A DNA stretch of 62,995 bases, counting the filler, from Stramenopiles sp. TOSAG23-3 (taxonomy: Eukaryota): assembly GCA_900128585.1 (NCBI GenBank). It is 36 parts of 36 records of this genome, joined end to end, with 100 filler letters (N's around TTAATTAATTAA, not from the genome) between each part and the next. Parts side by side here need not be neighbours in the genome. Positions count along the whole stretch, not along the records: positions 12,349 to 14,009 come from LT645559.1; positions 14,110 to 15,770 come from LT645560.1; positions 15,871 to 17,531 come from LT645561.1; positions 17,632 to 19,291 come from LT645562.1; positions 19,392 to 21,049 come from LT645563.1; positions 21,150 to 22,807 come from LT645564.1; 30 more parts are not named here. The stretch is one strand, 5' to 3'. Shown piece by piece: positions 12,349 to 22,907 of the stretch. Numbering within the stretch: the first letter of the stretch is position 1; each line of letters opens with the position of its first letter. The position numbers were made by a program, and so were the translations under genes. The notes beneath the pieces are model-generated. The model was not told where the DNA came from and did no database searches. It saw only the letters and a list, made by a program, of their open reading frames with translations.

Positions 12349-13840
12349 CGTCATCGTCGTCTTCCCCGCTACTACTATCGTCGCCAAACGTGTACTCGAG
12401 CTCGGGGCCACCACTAACAGCGCCCGCGTTTTGAGTATGTAAGAGGGAGTTCCCTTCCCCAAGTTCCTTCTCCCACCGCACTTTCGTTTCCGCAACTCGC
12501 TCATGCTCTAAATTCAACGCTACCGCTATCTGCAGGTAGTGCCCCCCGTACGCAACTTCCAGGGGCACACTCTCTTGTGCCTGGTCGTACCACTCTACGA
12601 TAGCGCGGCGAATCCCGCCAGGGATCGCCCCCCGGTCCAAAATTAGGTTTGTAACTACTGAATGCAAAATCGAATGGGTGGGAAAACGTGCAATAAACCC
12701 AAACAGCACAACCATTTGATCATCGCTTAAAACTGTCGGCCTTGCCGCCGACAGCGCGGCAACCAACTCCAACGCCAGGAGCCTCTCAATACCGAACGTA
12801 GGCGCGCGTTTGCCGTACGTTGTCATCACGACGCTGAGCCCCGGCGCGCTGTCCAACGTCGGGAACACAGACCCTAGATTGGACTGTATTTCATCCACAA
12901 ATGCCGTAGTATCCTGCTCGTCCCCGCGTTCTTTCGCATCGATGGAAAACTCCAGGATTCGCGTGAGGATATGGAACGACCCTCGGTTTGGGAGGGCCTT
13001 GATGAGTGCCCCCGCCTGCGATTTCAGGAGCACCTCCATCATCGGAGTTTTGGGGACTTTTTGCTGCTGCTCCGCTTCCTGGTCTATAGATGTGTTCCAG
13101 CCCCCAAAACTAGTCGGCTGCGGGGGTTGGTAAGAGCTCCGCGCAACGGCGTCCATCAGCGTCTCGGCCGCATTCGTATGCGCCGTTTTCGGGACCGCGT
13201 CGTCCGCGAACACGCTCACCAGCGCCGACACCACCACCTCCGGGTCCCACAAGGGCGGGCCGACAGGCGCGGCGGCCTCTTCCCCCTCCGGCTCGTCGTC
13301 CTCATCGTGCATGTCACCGTCCACCAAGTCCAGCAGCTGCCTGAGCGCGCCCGAGACCGAGTCCGAGTGTATGTGCCGAACGAAATTCTTCAAGGACTCT
13401 GGCTGGCCTTTCAACCACGCCAGTACCCGTTGGCGTTCCTGGTTTATCAACACCGTGGCCAACTTTGCGAAATTTCCAGCCGTGCGGGGGGGGAAACTGT
13501 CCTTTTCCAGCAGCGAGAATATGGCCTTCATGTTCTCCTCGCTCAGCAACAGGTCGTTGATTTGCGAAACGTCGCAGGCAAACACTTCCGACGCCAAGTC
13601 TGCCGAGTCGGAGTCCCCGCCCGACAGGGCCAGCAGCTCCGGGACTTTCGTCTCCAAATAGTTCACGAGCATTTCGTTCATGTTGCGCAGTTCCTGTATC
13701 AGCGTTTGCTGACCGAGGACATCCTCCAACGAAAAATTGTCCGTCTCCAGCAACTCTTGCAACGGGTTTTGGAACAGGTCGCCGCCACTGTCCGCAGCCC
13801 ACAAGTCTTGATCGGAGGCCAACGACGCGAAGAGGGACAT
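12349..13840 (-). CDS. SIT4-associated (SAPS) PP6 regulatory subunit (3'-partial)
   Basis: N-terminal LQELLETDNFSLEDVLGQQTLIQELRNMNEMLVNYL, ASEVFACD, TTYGKRAPTFGIERL, FPTHSILHSVV, YGGHYLQIA are SAPS-family patterns. Confidence 0.88.
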
Positions 13841-14110
13841 ATCTCGACAAGAAGGCAGAAGGCTGTGGAGGATCGGGAAGGGTTGGTTGGTGGGGTGTAG
13901 AAAACAAGGGAACTAAAACAACTTCGTTTGTACTGCAGAAAGGAGGGACGCGATGTGAATCGAAGGCGTTTCTTCAAAACAGATTGATTTCAATGAACTC
14001 TTTTAGTAANNNNNNNNNNNNNNNNNNNNNNNNNNNNNNNNNNNNNNNNNNNNTTAATTAATTAANNNNNNNNNNNNNNNNNNNNNNNNNNNNNNNNNNN
14101 NNNNNNNNNA

Positions 14111-15770
14111 ATGATAAGAAACATTATTTTCAATGCAAAAAGGCAAAACTTAGATACAAATACAAAAATGTCAACCAGTGATACAAATGTCAAAACTTTA
14201 ACACAATCGGACTATATAAGGAACAATGAGCATTCTTGTATGCCCCGTCGGCAGAGGTCTTCGGATTTCGAGCCTCCCTCCAAACGGTTAAGGTCCGAGA
14301 AACACGAGTGGGCGAACCCCTTCCAGAAGGTGAACGAGCCCCTTTTAATACACGGTCTCTCTTTAATATCCGTGCCTTCTTTATTCACAACGAAAGTTTT
14401 CTATGAAAGAATCAACCCCAATGTATTCAATAAACTTGTTGGAAGCAAGTATTTACGAACCAAGTCAAACTCTGACGAGAAGTTTAAAAAAGGAAAGCCC
14501 GGCGACGATATCGAGAACGAGCACAAACAGTTCCAGAAACTGAAGAACAGACTCAGTGGTGATATCCTCGAGGTAAGATACGTACAGAGCCGCGTTGGAT
14601 GGGGCCGGGTTTGTGCAAAGAAAGGTATGACCCTAGGTTTAATCCGTGGTCCATTACGCCATACCCTCTGCAAAGGAAACTACCTTGACTTGGATATGAA
14701 GAACTGCCACCCTACGATATTGTACCTCTTATGCAAAGAGCACGGGAAAGAGTGCCCTATGTTGACGAAATACGTAGAAGAACGGGAGCCGTGGTTGAAA
14801 CGTTTGCAACAAACCCATGGTGTTACTCGTACGGATGCGAAAAAATTGTTATTGAAATTACTCAATGGAGGAAAGTACGACTCGTGGTTGAAAGGGGACT
14901 GGAACAAACAAGAAAAGAAGCATAAAAACCCAAGAAAAGGACCGAAAGATAAAGATACTGTGGAATACGCCAAAGAAATACAGCGGATTACCAAATTCCT
15001 GATATCCCAGAACGAAGAAATGTCCCGAACGATACAAAAGAACAAAGACTACAACAAAGAAGGGACGTTCATGTCCATTTATCTTCAAGAATTTGAAAAG
15101 CGGTTGTTGGAAGAAACCTACTCGTATCTGGTAAAGAGAGGTATTGTCAAAAACGATTGTGTCCTGTGTTACGACGGCATCATGGTCATTGCAGACAGAG
15201 TGAAGGACGTTCAACAATTGTGCCGCGACTTACGAACAAATTTAAAAGGAAAAACCGGGTTTGATATCGTATTTGAAGAAAAATCTTTTGATGAAGCAAT
15301 AGACGATATAGTGGAACCGATGAAATTCACGGATCATCCTGATCTGGTTCTTCGTACAGACACCTCGGATGAATACCTGAAGAAGTTCAACCTCAAAGGT
15401 ACAAACAACCATCACCATGGAAATCTCTATGTTGCTACAGGAGACTGGTCTTGCCCGGGGCAAGACCACCAATGCAATACACAATTCGATGTATTTGAAG
15501 ACCATATGTATTGTTATGGTTGCCGTGAAACTTATTATCCAATTGACCCACGAGCAAACGATAAACAATGGCAGATGGAGGTGAAAAATTTCCTGTTGGA
15601 TGTATTTCGCGGTCACCCATTACTGAAAGAACTGTTTCAATTTGAAGGGCAGAAATTGGGGAAGAAGAAAAGAGAGAAATTACTTTCCGAGTTGACAGTC
15701 AGTATACTTCCAACTGGTAAATTCCAAATGGCAAATTCCAAACGTGAACAAGATAAACTAACCATAGGAA
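14111..15770 (+). CDS. Divergent family-A DNA polymerase/primase (TVpol-like), virophage or Polinton-like virus type, followed by a putative Zn-binding segment (3'-partial)
   Basis: GWGRV; motif A YLDLDMKNCHP (DLDMKNCHP at 14687-14713); motif B RTDAKKLLLKLLNGG; SIYLQEFE; motif C VLCYDGIMV (YDG 15170-15178); CPGQDHQC...CYGC. Intronless and more AT-rich than most host CDSs. Confidence 0.8.
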
Positions 15771-15897
15771 NNNNNNNNNNNNNNNNNNNNNNNNNNNNNN
15801 NNNNNNNNNNNNNNTTAATTAATTAANNNNNNNNNNNNNNNNNNNNNNNNNNNNNNNNNNNNNNNNNNNNTCAGATATCAGTGCAAATGGGTTTACT

Positions 15898-16122
15898 TTG
15901 ATTGGAAAAACTAAGTCAGAGATGAAGGCGTATTTAGAAATCTCTCAGAGCAACAGTTGCAATACTTCCCAAGCTGTGGCGTGTAACAATGCGACAAATG
16001 GTGCCCCAGGTCTCCAGGGAGCACAAGGACCTCAACGTCGCGCAGGTGTCAATGGGACCAATGGGGTATGTACTTGTCATTACGCAAATTCAGCCAGCAA
16101 CAATTATAGTGTGAGCATTTAG
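15898..16122 (+). pseudogene. Short collagen-like (Gly-X-Y) gene remnant or C-terminus
   Basis: NGAPGLQGAQGPQRRAGVNGTNG with one Gly position replaced by Arg. It sits at a contig edge. Confidence 0.35.
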
Positions 16123-16413
16123 GTCTCATAATTGGCGTATTTATAATGGTCCAGTCAATAAAGCAACGGCAGCAGCGTTTCATATTTTCATATCGCACAT
16201 GATTGCTCTCGGCAGTAGTTTGCCAGTTTTAACATTTGGTTCGATACCAGAGTCAACACTGACTGTCCCTACTCAATATTTTATGTGGAATTGGGCAAAC
16301 TCATTTCGGTACTGTTATAGCTGGCATTGCTGGCCTTGCCCGTTTGCGCGATGGCATTGATGGCAAGCACAGGCAACTTCACCTCTTGGGTTTAGAATTG
16401 GATAATAAACAAA

Positions 16414-16440
16414 AACAAGAAAATTGGCTGTTATTTAAGT
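16414..16440 (+). mobile_element. Solo terminal repeat of MITE family A
   Basis: AACAAGAAAATTGGCTGTTATTTAAGT; the first 20 nt are identical to the TIR at 53048. Confidence 0.75.
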
Positions 16441-17132
16441 ATAATTAACAACACATAATTTTTTTTTAAAAATGTTTTCTTGTGTTCTTCTTCTTCTTCG
16501 TTATTATTTATCGTTCTTTCTCTTTTTGTTGTTGTTGTTGTTGTTTGAGACCTTTGGGAATTCCCCACTGATATTTCCCTGTAGATGTTCTTAGTTTACT
16601 ATGGGAATTTGACAGAAATGATTGCCTGCCGCAGGCAGTCCGTCAAATGCGAATACCTTGGCTATTTCTTGACAAAAATCGTTGATTTTTGGCTCTATAT
16701 GCAGCTTCAGCGCCACTGCGGGGCGTTGGGGACGACGCCGTCGGCGCTTTTTACGCCCAAAAGCGTCTATGACAAGAGTTAAGAGACTTACGTTTATAAA
16801 CTGTTCAAAATCCGGAAATTTCCTACACTTTTGACGCTGATTTGTGAATGTTAAATGAAAACCAACAATAAATCCGGCGACACTTTATTTATATAACTTT
16901 TTTAGTAGAATAAGAATATGCTATCGAAAACGGCATGGTTTAAATTATTAATAGTTACAATTCAAAACTTACGCGTTTCTGTCCGATTTAGGGCACAGGT
17001 CCGATTTAAGGCCTCCAAGGGTACAACATACAGGCACCGTTTTTTGGTGTACAATGTTATGTCAATCTGTTGCCAAGCACCGGGCTCGGCTTCAGCAGAT
17101 TGCATCCGAGTGGTATGTTCGGGTAGGGATGT

Positions 17133-17531
17133 TTAAATACAATCTGATTTCTTGTAATAACTCCAGTAGTTTCCTGCTCTTCCATAAAAGCATTCTCTAG
17201 AGAGTGTAGCTGAGGTATAATAGCACTGGGAAGGCGTAATACAGACCTTACCTAATCGACGCAGTTGATGAAATGCGTCGCCATCGAAGTCGTCCTCGCC
17301 ATCGAAGTCGTCATCGTACTGGTCCGCTTCGTCGTCCAAATCGTCTTCGTCGTCCATTTCGTCAAAGAAATGGTTAATAGCGGCGCCCCCTATCATCGTT
17401 CCGATAGCATCTCTCGGGCCAACGATCCTGTTCATACGAGACCTCTCTGCGTCCTTGCTGGTAGTCCACTGCACTGCTCCTGGCATTTTAGCGCCCTTGT
17501 GGCCAAGGTACCAGTTACCGCCCAGTCTCCT
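17133..17531 (-). CDS. Hypothetical protein C-terminus with Asp-rich tract (5'-partial)
   Basis: Open from the contig edge (RRLGGNWYLGHKGAKMPG...), with DDEDDLDDEADQYDDDFDGEDDFDGD. Confidence 0.6.
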   Translation of the reverse strand, partial: RRLGGNWYLGHKGAKMPGAVQWTTSKDAERSRMNRIVGPRDAIGTMIGGAAINHFFDEMDDEDDLDDEADQYDDDFDGEDDFDGDAFHQLRRLGKVCITPSQCYYTSATLSRECFYGRAGNYWSYYKKSDCI

Positions 17532-18156
17532 NNNNNNNNNNNNNNNNNNNNNNNNNNNNNNNNNNNNNNNNNNNNTTAATTAATTAANNNNNNNNNNNNN
17601 NNNNNNNNNNNNNNNNNNNNNNNNNNNNNNNATGAAGGAAGAAGGAAGAAGAGAAGATGGAAGAAGGAAGTTCCTCACCACCATCACACCACCACGGATT
17701 TTAATTTATTAATTTTAATAATTATTATTATTTTAGAAGTATTATAGGTAGGATTAGGGTTCTATATTATCTTTTTCTTCTTCTTCTCTTCTTTTTCCTT
17801 ATTATTTATAATAAAAGATGAATAATTCATTTTTTGTGATGAAAATAAATAATACTTCTTTTTTTTTGTTGGTATTATTATTATTAATATTATAACACTG
17901 ATGTAAATAAGTTTTATATGTGGAAAACAAAGAAGAAGAAGCACCACCACCCTTATTTAATAATAATAATGGATTTATACACTACGAACATACAAATTCG
18001 ATAGAAGAGATAGTCGTTCTATATATATATACATTGATGTAAAATTTAAAAGGAAGATGAAATGAGTTATTCTAACAGAGTGCTGATAGTTCTTGCTTAT
18101 AATGTGCACACCGCCCAACACCGCAGCCCGTCGATTAAATCCTGTTCTGTGTAAAA

Positions 18157-19291
18157 ATGAGAGTTTTATTGACTGGGTGTTGTGGTAGAATCGGGATGGC
18201 GGCAGCAGAGGAGCTGCTGGGTTCAGCCGATGTTGAAAAGTTGGTAGGGTTGGATGTTATTGATATTCGTGAGGATAACCCAAGCCGCTACGTTAATCTA
18301 TGTGACAATAATAAGTTTGAGTATGTGTGGGGCCGAGTGGAGGATTATGATACGGTGTACGGAGCCACCAAGGGAGTAGACGTTGTGGTACACCTTGCTG
18401 CAATCCCAGACGACGCCGAGGCAAACGTTTTGCTACCGGTGAATGTGACCGGGTTGTCGAACGTCCTGGCTGCCTGCCGGGAAAGGAACAGAGACGAAGT
18501 GGGGGTGAGACGGCTCATTGTTGCGTCGTCGGGAAAGATGTGGGTCGGGTACGGGTCAGTCCGCAAACCGATAAAAATCCACGATGAACCGGCCCCCCGC
18601 TGCCTTTACGCGGCGACGAAAGCATTTGCAGAGTCTGCCGCAGAGAGCTTTGCCGAGGACTACGAGCACGGGGGCTGCCCGACCATTGTGATGCGATTTG
18701 CGTGGTGCCCACGGACCATCGAGGACGTAGAGGCAATGAAGATGTGTTCGGGAGAGGCTGGCCAAGGGACGGACGAATTCCTGTCCCCACGGGATGCTGG
18801 GACCTGCGTCCTTGCCGCAGCGACCCAAATGCTTCCAGAGGATCTTCGCTTCGCTGCTCTTTTTTGCCAATCGATTCCGCCGAAGGGACGTACCGCAAGA
18901 TTTGATACGTACCCAACGAAAGTCCTTCTGGGGTGGAAGCCAGTCGACACGTTTCCTGCTGGGATCGAATCGATTTGCCAAGGGGCAAAACCCAACAAAT
19001 ACCTGAAGAAGCGAAGGGGCTATTCCGTCATTTCCAGAAGTTCTTCGTACGAGAAATTGAAAGCTGGCGTGAGCTTAACCACGGTACAAGGCCGGGTCTC
19101 GCACGAAGAATGGGGGCTCAGGGTTCAGCTGGCTGCCGCATACCGAGTGTTTGCTATGCTAGGCTGGACGCACATCATCCATACCCACATTACCGTCAAA
19201 GTCCCATCGTCCGATCCGTCCGTAGAGCACTTTCTAATAAACCCGTACGGCATGTTATGGAGCGACATCACGGCAAGCTCCCTGGTAAAGG
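18157..19291 (+). CDS. NAD-dependent epimerase/dehydrogenase (extended SDR) fused to a class II aldolase/adducin domain (3'-partial)
   Basis: VLLTGCCGRIG, VVHLAA, VASS, YAATK. Then EEWGLRVQLAAAYRVFAMLGWTHIIHTHITVKVP...HFLINPYGMLWSDITASSLVK, the typical aldolase II/adducin head. Confidence 0.9.
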
Positions 19292-19391
19292 NNNNNNNNN
19301 NNNNNNNNNNNNNNNNNNNNNNNNNNNNNNNNNNNTTAATTAATTAANNNNNNNNNNNNNNNNNNNNNNNNNNNNNNNNNNNNNNNNNNNN

Positions 19392-19467
<76 letters not shown>

Positions 19468-19590
19468 TGACTTCTCTTTCTTTCTTTCTTTGTTTCTTTC
19501 TTTTTTTCTTCTTTGACTTCTCTTTCTTTCTTCTTTGACTTCTCTTTCTTTCTTTCTTTCTTTCTATCTTTCTTTCTTTCTTTCTTTGTC
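19392..19590. repeat. (TTTC)n microsatellite
   Basis: Long tctttcttt tract at the contig start. Confidence 0.95.
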
Positions 19591-20063
19591 TAAAAAGCTG
19601 CTATGGTTATGTTAATAATTAACTTCCAAAATACAAAGAACGAAGAACCATTTTATTCTTTTATTCGTTACAAAAAAAGTACTAAAAATAAATAAAAGGG
19701 AATTACAATGGAAATTTTGGTAAGGAATTTATGATGAACTCTTGACCTCATTTATCTTACGAGCGTATATTGAAACAAAATATAAAATGTGTAATGTGTA
19801 ATGAAAGTAAAAGAAGGAACGGGCGAATAGATGAGGGGAAGAAAACGGAAGAAGATTGAAGCGTTTGAATAAACAAAACAGAAGTATTGGGTGTTTGTAT
19901 ATCTGTCTGTTTTGATTGGTCATTTCTTTCTTTCTTTCTTGAATTTATTGGTTTGGGGAACGGTGTCTTTTCTATCGTTGGTTGATTGACTGGTTGAACA
20001 GGTTCTACATTTGGTTTGGCGTTTACGATTGTTGTCGGCAACGCGGAAGGAGGCAAAACAACC

Positions 20064-21049
20064 ATGCCAAAAGCCAAAGCGAAACGAAAGTCGACCGCGC
20101 AGATCGAGGATGCCTTGCAGAAGCGGCGCGACGAGGCATACCACCACGTCGAAGGGAGCCTGACGAACGGGACAGTACCACTGTACATAAAGTTAATATT
20201 TTGTGCCCCGACCGTCTCCACCCTGCCGATCAACGTGCTGCTCGCAGTGTACGTGAGCTCGTTCTACGAAAAGATGGGCGCAGACCTGGGGTACATCTCG
20301 CTGTTCATTGCGCTGGCGCGGTCCTTCGACGTCTTGTCGGACCCCGCCATGAGCTACATCACGGACTCCTGCCGCACCAAGCACGGGCGGCGCCGCCCGT
20401 TCATGCTCACGGGATGCATCCCCTACGGCATACTGCTCATGGTCCTGCTCGGGCCCGACCCTACGCTCGGGCCACAAGCCACGGCGATTTGGTTCGGCAT
20501 GAGCTACATCAGCTTCTACCTGCTCGGGACGTACTGCAACATCCCGTACGACAGCCTCGGGCCCGAGCTGACCGACAACTACGAGGATCGCAGCCGGCTC
20601 TTCTTCATCTCCGGCCTGTTCGACGGGATCGGGAGTTTGGTCGGGATCATGTCCCCGGTCATGCTGGCCAGCTTGTTGAGCACAGCACCCAACCTGGACA
20701 GCTGCACCCTCGACGCGGGGGACACCGTCACCAACAAGGGCTGCGTGACCTGGAGGACGGACACCTTCCCCGTCGATAACTTCACGTCCGCCGGTGGGGG
20801 CAACATGTCCACCATCATTCGCTTCGCTGGGAACAACTTCACCACGGCGGAGGCGGCCGCGGGCGAGTGCGCCGTCGGCAAGGCCATGTACAACTCAGCG
20901 TTCTGCTACTGCGTGGACTCCTGCAAGTCCGTGAGCGCGTTGGAGTCGGAGCGGAGCGCATTTCAGCTCGTCGGCATTGGATTTGGGGCGTGGTATATTT
21001 TGACCATGATCAACTGCGTCTTCTGGATCCAGGAGCGGTCGCAGAAGCC
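20064..21049 (+). CDS. MFS glycoside-pentoside-hexuronide (MelB/MFSD2-like) transporter (3'-partial)
   Basis: ARSFDVLSDPAMSYITDSCRTKHGRRRPF and NIPYDSLGPELTDNYEDRSRL are GPH signatures. Confidence 0.9.
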
Positions 21050-21149
21050 NNNNNNNNNNNNNNNNNNNNNNNNNNNNNNNNNNNNNNNNNNNNTTAATTA
21101 ATTAANNNNNNNNNNNNNNNNNNNNNNNNNNNNNNNNNNNNNNNNNNNN

Positions 21150-22436
21150 TTTCAGGCGCACAAAATAGAGTTGTATTTTCCTGGAGCGAGCTTGGATGAG
21201 CCACGAAACGGCTGCATTGATTATCGTGACAACTGCGCCAAGACCATATTCGAATTGCTTATTGCGCACCCTGGGTCCATCCCCAAGTGTTTAGTGTCGG
21301 CCAGAGCAAAAAACTGGAAGTGGTTTCCGTACAATGTGGACCGTCCATTTGTCCTGTATTTTCTCATTCTGCCAATTCCCCAGCAACACTTGGTCCGCCA
21401 AGGTGGCTTATGTAAAACAATATTTGTCGAGAAAGTGAATGCAGTCGGCGAGAAAATCTCTCTGGCCCCGACGCAACTGTCTGGGCATGTTTATCCAGAC
21501 GACCAGTGCGGGTCATTGATTGCGCTAAGAAACGAGGACACACGCGACATCACGGTTCTCAAAGAGCGCATTCGCGGGCATCTAAATGTTCGGTCCGATT
21601 CAAAGGTTTGGTTTCTTGCCAACATTAGAAAACGCCACAAAATAGTCGATATTGAAAATACAGCAGAAGCATTGATGGGCTTTATGCGCGGTTCACCAGT
21701 TCACCAGTTCACGTTTAGCTTGCAATACGATGGAGGGCGTTTGCCGGCCTCCACGGCCGGCCAAGTCGGCGTGATTCCGCCGCCCTTTAGGGGAAAACAA
21801 TTCCGTGGAGATCATGAGCTCATGCTCCCGGTAGTCCACTTTTGGCGGCCTAAAACGATCTCTACGCCCACTCTGACCGGACGACCATTTGTCTTACGAG
21901 TGCACGTGAACGATAAAGTTCGAGGTTTTAAAAACAGGCTGTTTGAGTACATACGGGAGCATAGTCAATTCTCTGGAGCGAGGGATGCTCCAAACAACGG
22001 CGACCCGAAGTTACTGGACAGAGACCTGCAGTCGAACTCTGGCGCGATCGTCCCAGGGGCGGAGAACAATTATCGACTCTGTCTGTTGTACAAAGAGGAT
22101 TCAGAAGTCGTGGACCGTGTTTTGGCGTACCTAGAGCCCAAGCCCTCGAACGGGCTCTCTGACTTTTTGAACTGTTGGCTCGAGGAGTTTGACCCGTCAT
22201 TGCTAGACTGCAATCTAATTGATGTGATCATAGGAAGCATTGAGCGCGTCCCACGTGCACACCCGAGGCAGTATTTTGGACAGTCCCTAATAGAGCGGGA
22301 GAGACGAGTTAAAATTGGATTGGAGAGGTTAAATTTGAACGGTAAGGAATACGACAGCATTGTCCCCCGTAAACCGAACAAGCAAGAGCTGGCGGGCACC
22401 CGCCGCTGGCACGACAAGGGCATCTCGATTCGATAG
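21150..22436 (+). CDS. C-terminal UBL region of a USP7/UBP12-like deubiquitinase (5'-partial)
   Basis: LMLPVVHF...GRPFVLRVHVNDKVRGFKNRL and the tail IGLE...HDKGISIR resemble USP7 (VAHF...GIPFLLRIH; LGLDH...EKAIKI). Confidence 0.65.
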   Translation, partial: FQAHKIELYFPGASLDEPRNGCIDYRDNCAKTIFELLIAHPGSIPKCLVSARAKNWKWFPYNVDRPFVLYFLILPIPQQHLVRQGGLCKTIFVEKVNAVGEKISLAPTQLSGHVYPDDQCGSLIALRNEDTRDITVLKERIRGHLNVRSDSKVWFLANIRKRHKIVDIENTAEALMGFMRGSPVHQFTFSLQYDGGRLPASTAGQVGVIPPPFRGKQFRGDHELMLPVVHFWRPKTISTPTLTGRPFVLRVHVNDKVRGFKNRLFEYIREHSQFSGARDAPNNGDPKLLDRDLQSNSGAIVPGAENNYRLCLLYKEDSEVVDRVLAYLEPKPSNGLSDFLNCWLEEFDPSLLDCNLIDVIIGSIERVPRAHPRQYFGQSLIERERRVKIGLERLNLNGKEYDSIVPRKPNKQELAGTRRWHDKGISIR

Positions 22437-22640
22437 CTTCTACAAGTGTGCGCCGATGATGTGCAAAGAATTTCTTTTTAAGGAGCGCGAGGTATCTTTT
22501 TCTAAAACGAATTAACACTGTAAAAGAGGAGACGAATCGTAAACCTTGTTAATAAAATCGCATGATAACATATACTCTTACGTATGTAGTTCTTAATTAC
22601 GAATCTTAAAATAGATGCGAGCGTTGTACGTGCACTATTG

Positions 22641-22805
22641 CTATTTTTTCTTGACCACTTGCGCACCGGCCATAATGACGTAGTCTGGCGCGAGCACGGT
22701 TACCTCCCCGTTTGCAAACGCTGCAGGGTCGTACTCCGCGGCTGCGGGTTCCCCAGGGGCTGCATTCTCGGATTCGGGTAGTGGACGAAGAAACTGTGCG
22801 CAATG
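22641..22805 (-). CDS. C-terminal fragment of an unknown protein (5'-partial)
   Basis: Open frame from the contig edge, HCAQFLRPLPESENAAPGEPAAAEYDPAAF...VVKKK*, convergent with the upstream gene. Confidence 0.45.
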   Translation of the reverse strand, partial: HCAQFLRPLPESENAAPGEPAAAEYDPAAFANGEVTVLAPDYVIMAGAQVVKKK

Positions 22806-22907
22806 TTNNNNNNNNNNNNNNNNNNNNNNNNNNNNNNNNNNNNNNNNNNNNTTAATTAATTAANNNNNNNNNNNNNNNNNNNNNNNNNNNNNNNNNNNNN
22901 NNNNNNN

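Noticed and set aside
14111-17531. Apparent viral cluster (TVpol-like gene next to a collagen-like ORF and hairpins)
   Set aside because: They are on different contigs that are adjacent only because of length sorting, so no linkage can be inferred.
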